The notes beneath the pieces are model-generated. The model was not told the origin of the DNA. It saw only the letters and a list, made by a program, of their open reading frames with translations, and did no database searches. Made by a program: the position numbers and the translations under genes. This document shows positions 17,410-26,854 of a stretch of 64,000 bases of DNA, in pieces; the first letter of the stretch is position 1, and each line of letters opens with the position of its first letter. Location: IMG/VR virus record IMGVR_UViG_3300010399_000031, positions 62,001 to 126,000 of that record. One strand, written 5' to 3'.

Positions 17410-18540
17410 ATGGCCATGAAGGTTAAGAAGATTCATCTGGCTACCCTCAGTGACCTGCATCTCGGACATCGTCGCAATAGTGCATCGGAGATCATAGCGA
17501 ATCTCCGGTGTACTATTGACGACAGTGTTCGAACTTCCCAACTCGACATCATCTTCTTGGCCGGAGACGTTTTCGACGACTTGCTTTTACTCAATAACGA
17601 CGAAGTACTCGAAATCGACCTGTGGATTTATTGGTTGATGACGTTATGCGTAAAATACGACATCGTACTGAGAGTGTTAGAAGGCACTCCCAGACATGAT
17701 CGCAAACAATCGAAGCGGTTTGAGTTGATCAACGAGGTGATGGGTAAACCGGTTGATTTGAAGTATATCACTGATATTTCGGTGGAACACATCGAACGCT
17801 TTGGTATTGATGTGCTTTATGTTCCGGACGAAGCCACGGAGTCGCCAGAGAAAACGCTTGGCGTTGTCAAAGAGGTGATGGCAGCGCGAGGGTTAGAGCA
17901 AGTTGATTTTGCCATCATGCATGGTTGCTTCGATTACCAGATCCCCTATCTGGCAAGTGACCACAAGCATGATTCTCAAGCCTATTTAGCGCTGGTACGT
18001 TACCTGATTTTTATCGGTCACGTACACATGTTTAGTCAACTAGACCGTATCACAGCGCAAGGTTCCTTTGATCGTCTCTCCCACGGTCAAGAAGAACCTA
18101 AAGGACATGTTCGTGCAACCGTATATCAAAATGGAGAAAGAGAGGTTACTTTTGTTGAGAACACGAACGCGAAGAAGTTCGTTACGCTCAAGTGCCAGGA
18201 GAATACGCTGGAAGAAACATTGGTTGAAATTCACGAGTTGGTGCAAACACTGCCGCCGCATTCTCATGTCCGATTGGATTTGAATGCGGATCACCCGCTT
18301 TTAGCCAGCACCGACACGTTGATTCGACGCTTTCCCATGATAACGTGGGAGAAGATTGTTCGCGAGACAGGAGAGGAATCTGTCATTGCAGAGGCTGATG
18401 CAAGCGAGGAAGAGTATACCCCGATCACGATTACACGTGATAACATCGTTCAAATGGTGATGTATCGGGTGGCCCTTCACCCGGAAATTACCAACGATTT
18501 ACTGGTACTTGCACAGGAGCAACTGGAAAAGGTGATCTAA
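17410..18540 (+). CDS. SbcD/Mre11-like metallophosphoesterase nuclease
   Basis: SDLHLG, AGDVFD, GTPRHD, MHG and IGHVH motifs. Confidence 0.88.
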   Translation: MAMKVKKIHLATLSDLHLGHRRNSASEIIANLRCTIDDSVRTSQLDIIFLAGDVFDDLLLLNNDEVLEIDLWIYWLMTLCVKYDIVLRVLEGTPRHDRKQSKRFELINEVMGKPVDLKYITDISVEHIERFGIDVLYVPDEATESPEKTLGVVKEVMAARGLEQVDFAIMHGCFDYQIPYLASDHKHDSQAYLALVRYLIFIGHVHMFSQLDRITAQGSFDRLSHGQEEPKGHVRATVYQNGEREVTFVENTNAKKFVTLKCQENTLEETLVEIHELVQTLPPHSHVRLDLNADHPLLASTDTLIRRFPMITWEKIVRETGEESVIAEADASEEEYTPITITRDNIVQMVMYRVALHPEITNDLLVLAQEQLEKVI

Positions 18541-19404
18541 ATGAGTGCCAGTACGCGTCATCTATCGGAAAGAACCATCGGTCAATACCCCATCTCGGTG
18601 GGGACTTCCTTGGCCATTGAATCGGCTATGGGGATTCACCCAGAAATCGAGGTCAAGTTCCAACCGATTAAGCAATACGGGGAGTTTTGGATCAACCTGA
18701 AGACGCTGTATCGAAACATGATGGGTTCGCTCCAAGCGGACGCAGCGCAGCTTGTGTTGGGTGTACCGGTAGGGGATGAATTGCAATTAGAGATGGATCG
18801 AATCGATTCAATTATTGCAAGTGAATCCGATTGCCAAGTCATCTACTATGTGTGTAACTACACACGTATGGATCAGCGCTATCCACATGCTCGGATTCGA
18901 GTCGATAGTACTCCGCGCCAAAAGCAATTTACACAGACAATGAAGGAGGCAATCCAACATTTGCTGATGTTAGAGACGAAACCAGCAGGGCAGCAGCATG
19001 AGTCTAGGATGAAAGTGTTTGATGTTACACTCAAACCCACCGAACGAACTAAAACGCTGATCCTCACCCACGTACCGCTTGATCTGTGTAGTTATAAGCA
19101 CTTCGGTGAATTAGCGCTTTTGGAAAGTCACACGGGTGCAATCAAAGAAAAAGCGCAATGGTACACCAAGTATCTTAACGGTAAAGAGTTGGCCCGTATC
19201 CCGTTTCGGGAAGATTTGTTGCAAGTGTTTGGTGATCACGAGTTGTTCCATCCGTATCCAATTGAGAATCGCAAACAGCTAATCGCCGTGGCTGAGAAAT
19301 ATAGTTTGACCCCTTTAACAACCACCGAGAAGATTCGATATACCCTCGATTTCTTACTCAATCCGTATCTGAAGGAGAAGTTAAGAGCAATGTTGGTTCC
19401 CTGA
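18541..19404 (+). CDS. conserved core protein, possible divergent 5-prime nuclease/FEN-like fold
   Basis: 287 aa, abuts SbcD; WINLKTLYRN and ILTHVPLDL...ESHTG weakly resemble T4 RNase H blocks. Confidence 0.4.
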   Translation: MSASTRHLSERTIGQYPISVGTSLAIESAMGIHPEIEVKFQPIKQYGEFWINLKTLYRNMMGSLQADAAQLVLGVPVGDELQLEMDRIDSIIASESDCQVIYYVCNYTRMDQRYPHARIRVDSTPRQKQFTQTMKEAIQHLLMLETKPAGQQHESRMKVFDVTLKPTERTKTLILTHVPLDLCSYKHFGELALLESHTGAIKEKAQWYTKYLNGKELARIPFREDLLQVFGDHELFHPYPIENRKQLIAVAEKYSLTPLTTTEKIRYTLDFLLNPYLKEKLRAMLVP

Positions 19405-19413
19405 AAAAACACC

Positions 19414-19426
19414 ATAAATTTTTACT
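19414..19426 (+). promoter_or_regulatory. middle-promoter-like element
   Basis: ATAAATTTTTACT identical to 11762-11774. Confidence 0.55.
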
Positions 19427-19522
19427 TCTTCACGGAAAATAACCGAAGAAGTAGTGGGAATTTACGCAGTCGATCCATTTTCTGGATGCGTCCATACATC
19501 AATTTCGTCTGAGCAAAAAAAC

Positions 19523-20266
19523 ATGGCATACGACAACAACCGCAGTGGCGGATACAGCGGTCCGCGCACCGAACGCCCGAAGAACATGCTGGATGACTTC
19601 CGTGTGAGTCTATCGGCACCGAGTACCGCCAAGGGTAAGTGGGCTTCGTTGAAATGGAGCTACGCGGGAAATCAAGTCGGTCTCACGATGTACTCCAATG
19701 ACCCAGCTGACGAGAAGAAGTCCGTGCGCATTCAGATGCCACCGACCGATTTCTGCCGGATCTTGGTGTTGCTGGAGATGGCGATCAACTTCCCGGAGCA
19801 GGGTGATCACAAAGTCTGGATGGAGTACAGTGACTACATGTGGTTCAATCGGGAAAAGAGCAAAGAAGTCAAACTCCAAGGCACGGTCTACATCGGCAAG
19901 AAAGACGGCGTCGTCTGGATGTCGCTTGTCTCCTACGACAAGAGTCGCCCGCGCATCAAGTTCCCCTTCGGTAACACCATGTACACGGCGCTCTACAAGA
20001 GCGACGGCTCAGCCATGACCGATGCGGAAACCTCGGTCATCTCCGCGAAAGCGAACCTGATGTTCCTTCAACATACGATCCCGACCGTGGCTAATGCGCA
20101 CTACAAGCATCGCGAATCGAGCGCAGTGAAGAAAGATGGTGACGAACGTAGTAGTAACTCCAGTAGTGGCGGAGGTGGAGGTTACTCCAGCGACTCTCGC
20201 TCGGGTTCGGGTAACAACAATGCCGCACCGGATGAAGACGGATATAGTGACGACATACCTTTTTAA
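19523..20266 (+). CDS. chmC: ChmC-like nucleus-associated nucleic-acid-binding protein (phiKZ gp67 position)
   Basis: Directly upstream of the gp68-like subunit; folded core followed by G/S-rich disordered tail ending DDIPF. Confidence 0.6.
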   Translation: MAYDNNRSGGYSGPRTERPKNMLDDFRVSLSAPSTAKGKWASLKWSYAGNQVGLTMYSNDPADEKKSVRIQMPPTDFCRILVLLEMAINFPEQGDHKVWMEYSDYMWFNREKSKEVKLQGTVYIGKKDGVVWMSLVSYDKSRPRIKFPFGNTMYTALYKSDGSAMTDAETSVISAKANLMFLQHTIPTVANAHYKHRESSAVKKDGDERSSNSSSGGGGGYSSDSRSGSGNNNAAPDEDGYSDDIPF

Positions 20267-20329
20267 GGATTTCGTTGCGAAGTGAGTAGGGTAAGAGGAA
20301 GATCTCTTGATCTTCCTCGATTGAAAAGA

Positions 20330-20347
20330 AATTGAGCGATATATTAC
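20330..20347 (+). promoter_or_regulatory. early-promoter-like element
   Basis: AATTGAGCGATATATTAC contains TATATTAC; preceded by a 10-bp hairpin at 20295-20318. Confidence 0.65.
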
Positions 20348-20391
20348 CTCCAGAGTAGTTAGAGTGGACTACGTTTGAGGAGAAAGTTGTT

Positions 20392-21963
20392 GTGAAAATC
20401 AACACTGATCGAATGGGGATGTATAGTCCTCAGACGGACGCGCAGATGTCGCATAATGGTATTGTCATTACGTGGAACTACGCGGCATTTAAGAAACAAC
20501 AAGGAAAGGAGGGTCAATCAACGGGGTTGTTTGTCGAGATCAATGATTACTGGGAGTATGTCGCCAAGGATCATCCTGCGGTGGTTGACCAGATTTTTAG
20601 CGTCTATCTGCGGATCAAAGACACATTCGAGAATACGGAAAACACCAAAACCCTTACTAGTACGCTCGTACCGTTACTTGAAGAGTTGTATAAATTGCAC
20701 CCGATCGAATCACTTGATCATTGGGTGCGTTTCTATTCGGGAATCAGGATCCCGGAGAAGATCGAAAAGGAGTTCGTCGAAAGCGACGAGCTTTCTAACA
20801 CGCGACTTAAGACATACACGCGAGAGGACTATCACAAGTTACTCGTGTTAGCGCTTGCATTTCGTGCAGTGGTTCCAGTGTGGGGTGAGCTTATCGCCTA
20901 TACCGAGAAACACAAAATCCTCGGCACTAATTGGAAAGAATACAGTGCTTATCAGTTGCTTAACCGAACTGCACTGATGAACTGCGAAGCCATGGTCAAG
21001 CTTCGTGGGTATGTGAATGCTTTCATTCCGACAGATAAAACCAAGCGACCCCATTCTGCCATCATGGCTGGGGTGGGAACTGAGGATTTCCCTGAGTGGT
21101 TACTTGGTGTTATCGTTTTTCGACGTGTGTGCAATGGAGACATTCGTAACACCAATCCAGACACTCACTTGGTGAGTTCTATTCATAGCTACATTCTGAA
21201 TAAACTCAACCCGAGCGAGTCCAGTTTCATCGGACGCGTGCGGGAGAAGAACAGTCGCAAGGAAGGTGAAGGTGACGATAACAAACTCTCTCGTCTGGAA
21301 GGTTACAAGATCCGGCAAGAGTTAGCAGAAGGGGACATCGCCATGATCGTCCACTCTGCGCGTGACCCATATCGCTTGGCGCGTGCTGTCTCACAAAGTG
21401 TTGATTTGGCTTTGGTGGAGGAAGCTTTGGAATCAACCAAGGCGCTTCTCGGAGTTCACATCCAACAACCGCAATTGACGATCATGCAATGGGTGCTGGC
21501 GGACGGCATCAAACCGCGTGGTTTGCAGTATCTTCCCAAACCGGTGTTTTTACAAGCCATGGCAGTGGCACAAGCTGTACTCTGGCATAAGGGTCACTAC
21601 GCAATTGCTGGACTCGTGAGTGCTGAGGCTGAGGTAGGGGACGCCGAATTTAGCGAGGTGAACATGGGTGGTCATGGGCGAATTTCCAAGGAGTTGACGG
21701 AACATTTGGCCATCACGCATCCGTACCACCTGCGCCCAAGTGGTAAGCAGCAAAAAGAAAGTGGTCGCTTGCAAAATAGCGCCGTGGTTTCCATTGACTT
21801 GGTGACCAAGCAATTCGATCAGTATGGTTGGTTGTTGACCTTGCCGAGTGACAAGATCAAACTTATCAACCTGAATATGGCAACGCGTCGATTCGTCCTT
21901 CCCAATGACATTCGCAGTCAGCTTGCCAAACTCGCTATAGACATCGCAACTGGGAGTCTTTAA
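20392..21963 (+). CDS. non-virion RNA polymerase sigma-like subunit (phiKZ gp68-like)
   Basis: 523 aa, size and position between ChmC-like and PicA-like genes match gp68. Confidence 0.7.
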   Translation: MKINTDRMGMYSPQTDAQMSHNGIVITWNYAAFKKQQGKEGQSTGLFVEINDYWEYVAKDHPAVVDQIFSVYLRIKDTFENTENTKTLTSTLVPLLEELYKLHPIESLDHWVRFYSGIRIPEKIEKEFVESDELSNTRLKTYTREDYHKLLVLALAFRAVVPVWGELIAYTEKHKILGTNWKEYSAYQLLNRTALMNCEAMVKLRGYVNAFIPTDKTKRPHSAIMAGVGTEDFPEWLLGVIVFRRVCNGDIRNTNPDTHLVSSIHSYILNKLNPSESSFIGRVREKNSRKEGEGDDNKLSRLEGYKIRQELAEGDIAMIVHSARDPYRLARAVSQSVDLALVEEALESTKALLGVHIQQPQLTIMQWVLADGIKPRGLQYLPKPVFLQAMAVAQAVLWHKGHYAIAGLVSAEAEVGDAEFSEVNMGGHGRISKELTEHLAITHPYHLRPSGKQQKESGRLQNSAVVSIDLVTKQFDQYGWLLTLPSDKIKLINLNMATRRFVLPNDIRSQLAKLAIDIATGSL

Positions 21964-23567
21964 TGAACGAAACAACCGCACTGATGTCCCGTCCCCGTGG
22001 TTTTGGTCATGTTCCCGCAGAAGCCAAAATCACCAAACTGCTGATTTACGAAACCGGTGAATACAATCGGCAGTGGAGTCGTCCTTACACGACCAACTTC
22101 GACGGGCATGTCCTGAATCAATTCCACGAGCAGTTGCAAGGGCTCGACCATTACGCACCGGCAAACTTCACCGGCATCGCGCAGAGCTTCATCAAGCCAG
22201 CTGCACAAGTCGATCTTAACGGTGGCGGTATTGCCATCCCGCAAGGTTGGAATAGCCGCCGGTGTCGCTTCATGATGGTCGTCGAGTACGACGGACACCT
22301 CGGGATGCGCATGCAGGAAATCCTCACGGGTTGGACCGAGGGCGTTGGTGCCATGCCGCAAGGGGGTATCCTTCACCATGAAGCGCAACCCCTGATGGTT
22401 GACAACGACATGATCTTCTATGTCAATTCGACCATTCAGTTGCAGGTGAAAAGTGAGTTCGGACCTGCTGGTCATCGTGAGACGATGGCGGTGGCTAAAA
22501 ATTCCCACGTTCTTGCCGATCCGAAGTACGGTTCGATCTTCACCCCCGGTACACAAGAGCGCATGCGCCCGACCGATCTGTTTGCTGTGATGAGTCGCTC
22601 GCATCTGCATGCGGTGCGCGATGAGTATGGCAACATCCCTGGTGTGGGTCCGCGTCTATTCGATGGTCGCAATGCGATGACCAACATGGCGGCGCTTTCG
22701 CTGCGCAGCAATGTGATTCCGGCCGCGTACATGTCGCGCGTGATGGATAACTATCACAACGCGGCGGTGACCAACAACGATCCGAGCAAAGCCAACGGCG
22801 ACTTCTACACGAACGCGCGTACGTATTCCAACGATGGGTTGGTGAGCAACGACGAAGTGCTGCGGATGTTGGCTGATCTGCGGGGCGAGCCGATTGGCAA
22901 TACGTTCCGATTCCGAGATTTGGTCAGGCTCGATCCGACCATTCAAGGTCGAGCGCTTGGTCGGTGTTCGGGGCGCACCGAGAAGATCACGGGGTTGCAC
23001 CAAGCTGGGATGACCAAAGAGTGGGACGGTCGTGATGCGGTGACGCTGGCTGCCACCATCATCAGTCAGTGTGTGCCGGGTATCATGGCCGATCTTGCAC
23101 TGACCGTGATGCATTTCCGTACGCACAATGAGATGGCTGTCTCGGGCAACTATTCAGCTGTCGATCCGACCACGTTCTTGGGTCGGCCAGGTCGAGAGCC
23201 GGACTTTGCGATTATCAATGTCGCTGGGTTTGGTGATCAAGATCTGGGTCCGGGGATGTACGCGTTCGAGAAACGCTTCTGGTTCGAAGTGATGAAGGAC
23301 CTGTGCTTTGACAACCAGATTCGTTTCATGCTGGAGGTCAATTGCAATCTGACGGGCGAGACCGTGGTGAACATCTCGCTCGATGGTCGCCCGATTGAAC
23401 AGTTCGTCACACCGTCGTTTGCTGATGCGCTACTCACCCCGCTTGTCACCAACGACCACAACCACGTGGTTCAAGTGGCTAACGATTTTAATCAATTACT
23501 CACAGCCGTCGTACCGACGACGGATGCAGCGTCATCCACGGCGTTCTTCAACGACGACTCATTCTAA
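21963..23567 (+). CDS. picA: nuclear protein import factor PicA/Imp1 (phiKZ gp69-like)
   Basis: 534 aa, translationally coupled (TAATG) to the gp68-like gene; synteny. Confidence 0.65.
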   Translation: MNETTALMSRPRGFGHVPAEAKITKLLIYETGEYNRQWSRPYTTNFDGHVLNQFHEQLQGLDHYAPANFTGIAQSFIKPAAQVDLNGGGIAIPQGWNSRRCRFMMVVEYDGHLGMRMQEILTGWTEGVGAMPQGGILHHEAQPLMVDNDMIFYVNSTIQLQVKSEFGPAGHRETMAVAKNSHVLADPKYGSIFTPGTQERMRPTDLFAVMSRSHLHAVRDEYGNIPGVGPRLFDGRNAMTNMAALSLRSNVIPAAYMSRVMDNYHNAAVTNNDPSKANGDFYTNARTYSNDGLVSNDEVLRMLADLRGEPIGNTFRFRDLVRLDPTIQGRALGRCSGRTEKITGLHQAGMTKEWDGRDAVTLAATIISQCVPGIMADLALTVMHFRTHNEMAVSGNYSAVDPTTFLGRPGREPDFAIINVAGFGDQDLGPGMYAFEKRFWFEVMKDLCFDNQIRFMLEVNCNLTGETVVNISLDGRPIEQFVTPSFADALLTPLVTNDHNHVVQVANDFNQLLTAVVPTTDAASSTAFFNDDSF

Positions 23568-23582
23568 ATAGTAGGAGTAGCT

Positions 23583-25088
23583 ATGGAATTGCTTCCTTTG
23601 TACAAGTCAATCCTCAAGGCGGGGCACTTGGTGGTTGATGACGAAGGGTTCATCAAGCGGATTTGGAAGGGAAAGAAAGAGCCGTGGCTTATCAACGGTA
23701 AATCCGTGGTTCTTCCCACGGATGCACAGTTAAAGACACCCTCGGCTGAAACAATCGTCTTCCATCCGCTGTTTGAATTCCTCACGCGTGCGGAATCGGA
23801 AGTGACGGCTGAGTATCGCCGCACAGTTACGGAGCGACTGCATCTGTCGTTTCTGGCGCTGGCAAGCGAGTTGCTCACGATCGCCGCTTCTCAGGACATG
23901 CACGCCAAGCTCACTCCTGAACAGTCGGAGTTTCTCTCGTTCGTGCCGGAGGCCGACGGGCAGATGCTCAAAACGTTCGAAGAGTTGTGCGACGCCATGC
24001 CGGAGGGGCAAAATCAGAAGGCATTCGTCTCGATGTATCTAAAACGTGGCGGCATCGTGCAAGGTAAGTCAGCTCACCGAGCAGCGATCGTCACGTTCCC
24101 GTTGTACAAGCAGTTGGTGGAAGACGGGCAAAAACGTGAAGCGGAGATGAATGCGCGCAAGCACGTACCAAAGAAGAAGGATGAGAAAAAGGAGGAAGAA
24201 AAACTCCTACCTATTCCGAACGAGACGTATGGCGTGAAGTTGCGCAAGATCGATCGGGAGGCGTTTATCAAACTCTTCGAGTACATGGTGCCGGGCATCG
24301 CCGAAGTCGATTCGTATTCAGCTACATCGAATAGCAACATCGCGCCGTCGATGGATGCGATCATGCACGCGGTACAGAACTTGGCTGCGCCACTGAATGA
24401 CATGGTTGAGCGTTTCAAGGGGAAGTTGTCGGAAAGCGCGCAGATCATTTTGCGTGTTGAAGATGCCTGGGTGCCGGAGTTTGTCAATTTGGCTCCGCTA
24501 CAAGTGCAAATTCGAATGATTCCGATGCAAGATGGTAACGATGGTGCGTTGCCAGTTGCGGCAGATAAGAAAGCAGCAGAAGCGGAAGCGTACGCCAGTC
24601 CTCCGAAAGCGGTCCCGGTTACAAGCGCTCAGGCGGGCCAAGCTCAACCGAGTGGCGTCTCAGCGGTCGGAGAAGAGCACGCCCCGCCAGGATTTCGCCT
24701 ACCACCGAAGAATCCCCAGCAACCGGCTACCCCGACGTATTCTGGAGCACCTGTTGTTGCCCCGCCTCCACCGCCGCCTGCCTATCCGGCATATCAACCC
24801 CAAGTCGGCTATCCTCCACCGTACGCCGCAGTCCCACAGATGGCTCCTCCCGCTGCACCGCCGGTCGCCATGCCGGGCGTACATCCGTCGCTTGCCGCCT
24901 TTGCAGCCCCGTACATGGCTTCAATGGCTGCACCCTATGTGGCTCAACAAGACATGCCTACGTGGGCCTATGGGGGTGGTACACAACGGCCGGTGCAGTC
25001 GCAAGGTTATCCTCAACAACAAGGTTACCCCACCGCACCGCAAGGGTATGGTTACGGGGTGCCTGGTACGTCTCGTGGGGATTTCTAA
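23583..25088 (+). CDS. conserved core protein (phiKZ gp70 position) with P/A/Q/Y/G-rich C-terminal tail
   Basis: 501 aa; last ~170 aa are low complexity. Confidence 0.65.
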   Translation: MELLPLYKSILKAGHLVVDDEGFIKRIWKGKKEPWLINGKSVVLPTDAQLKTPSAETIVFHPLFEFLTRAESEVTAEYRRTVTERLHLSFLALASELLTIAASQDMHAKLTPEQSEFLSFVPEADGQMLKTFEELCDAMPEGQNQKAFVSMYLKRGGIVQGKSAHRAAIVTFPLYKQLVEDGQKREAEMNARKHVPKKKDEKKEEEKLLPIPNETYGVKLRKIDREAFIKLFEYMVPGIAEVDSYSATSNSNIAPSMDAIMHAVQNLAAPLNDMVERFKGKLSESAQIILRVEDAWVPEFVNLAPLQVQIRMIPMQDGNDGALPVAADKKAAEAEAYASPPKAVPVTSAQAGQAQPSGVSAVGEEHAPPGFRLPPKNPQQPATPTYSGAPVVAPPPPPPAYPAYQPQVGYPPPYAAVPQMAPPAAPPVAMPGVHPSLAAFAAPYMASMAAPYVAQQDMPTWAYGGGTQRPVQSQGYPQQQGYPTAPQGYGYGVPGTSRGDF

Positions 25089-25103
25089 GTTGTAGTGAGA
25101 TTT

Positions 25104-25150
25104 GACGGCATAAAGAAGAGCGCAGCTTACCGCGCTCTTCTTTTTTTGTC
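25104..25150. terminator. bidirectional terminator with TATGCC on the minus strand
   Basis: AAAGAAGAGCGC...GCGCTCTTCTTT between convergent genes. Confidence 0.85.
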
Positions 25151-25182
25151 GTTAAAACAAAGCTGTAGGTAAAACAAAGCTG

Positions 25183-25524
25183 TTAGTTGGCGGTACGATT
25201 AACCGAGTTTTCTACCTGCATAATTCGTTGGACTTCAGCGGTATTGGGAACCTGAAGAGTGAGCATCATGTCCCGATATTCGTCAGAAGAAGTCATTTTG
25301 TTCACACGCATGATAACGTAATGAAACTGCGCAGGAATACGCAGGAAAGTGAGCAAACCATTCAAGTCAGCATCGAAGCGCTGTGCGATACCCGGCTCAA
25401 TGACCAAGGGCTGCGTACTGTTGTCGGTGCGAAACACCGTCATGAAGTCTTCCAACGCATCGCGCAGCGTATCGGTGTAATACGATTGTGCACCTTCCGC
25501 GACCATCAGAGCATCGACTTGCAT
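25183..25524 (-). CDS. small conserved protein, possibly T4 gp53/LysM-like baseplate component
   Basis: AAGGA upstream of MQVDALM; HYVIMRVNKMTSSDEY...LQVP pattern. Confidence 0.4.
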   Translation of the reverse strand: MQVDALMVAEGAQSYYTDTLRDALEDFMTVFRTDNSTQPLVIEPGIAQRFDADLNGLLTFLRIPAQFHYVIMRVNKMTSSDEYRDMMLTLQVPNTAEVQRIMQVENSVNRTAN

Positions 25525-25627
25525 GGAAGTATCCTTCAAGAAGAAATGTAAGAATTTTGAATCACATATCATCAAGAGAGTAGTGAAAACTACTCGGAAT
25601 TGAATTAATCTTTCCTCAAAGGAAAAT

Positions 25628-26854
25628 GTGATGTCTGAGCATGCTGAACTGGACATTTGCAGTTATGTAGCAAACCAGATGGACAGGCGATTGATGGGGG
25701 TCAATGGCTTGAACTTTGCAGATACCCTGGATAGCTCACCTCGTAAGCAAATGTTTGCGAGTCATATCGGTCAATGTTTGGTGATCAAAGGAGGCACCGA
25801 GCGATTTATCCAGACCGGTATGGAGCGCCAGTATGCACGAACCACCTTCTCGGTGAAGATGCCAGAGGATGGCATCATCCTGAAAGTGCTGCATCGTTAT
25901 CGAGAAACAATGGGGGAAACGATTCACAACCCCGAGACCTATCTGCTATACGAATCGATGGATCCTGCTCGTGCTGGGGAAATCGGAATTATTACGTTAC
26001 CGGAGTATTTCTCTGATCAGACGTATTTTGGTTTCGAATATGGCCGAAGCAAGTGGCTTAAGAAGTCCTCGATTACACACGGCACTCCGATCAAGAAAGG
26101 TACGATCTTGCTCGATTCTCCGGCGATCGTGGAGAACGATGATGGTAGCCTTCAGGGTTACAAGTATGGTCGCCAGTGCAAGGTGGCGTATATGACTCAT
26201 CCGGCAGTTTCTGAGGATGGGATTGCGGTATGTCGGGATGTCCTTCCGTATTTCGCAATTAATACGTTTCGCAAGTATGAAGTGGAGTGGGGAAGTCGCT
26301 ACATTCCACTGAACCTTTACGGAGACGAGAACAACTATAAACCTTTTCCCGAGATTGGCGATGTGATTCGTCCAGATGGATTAATCATGGCACTGCGACG
26401 GGACGATCGCTCTTTGGCCGTGGTGGAGCAATCAGCCCGTGCCTTGCGTGAGGTGGACTTCTTGCATGATCGGCGTTTTTACGCCGCCGGTGCCGGTGGT
26501 CGGGTGATCGATGTTCGGATCTATCATGATGACTATACGTCCAGCAATGCTCCTGAAGAGATGGAGCGCCAAGCGATGCGCTATCATCGCTCGTCGCAAC
26601 AGTTTTATCGGGAATTGCTGCAAGAACTGAAGGAAATCGAGCAACGGCGCGGTGTGCCGCCCGTGCTATCGACGGAGTTGCATGAATTGGCAGTTGAAGC
26701 CACGGCCATTTTGGATAATCGAGCCAATGGCGCACAAGAGCGTCGAGTACTGCTTCATCGCAAAAACCCGATCGATGACTGGCGTATGGAAATCGTTGTT
26801 CAGTATGAAATCATTCCTACGGAAGGTTTCAAAATTACCGATTGCCATGGTGGT
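25628..26854 (+). CDS. non-virion RNA polymerase beta C-terminal subunit, exon 1 (phiKZ gp71-like)
   Basis: DSSPRKQMFASH and SEDGIAV blocks; ends ...GFKITDCHGG at the conserved GDK...HGNKG motif. Confidence 0.9.
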
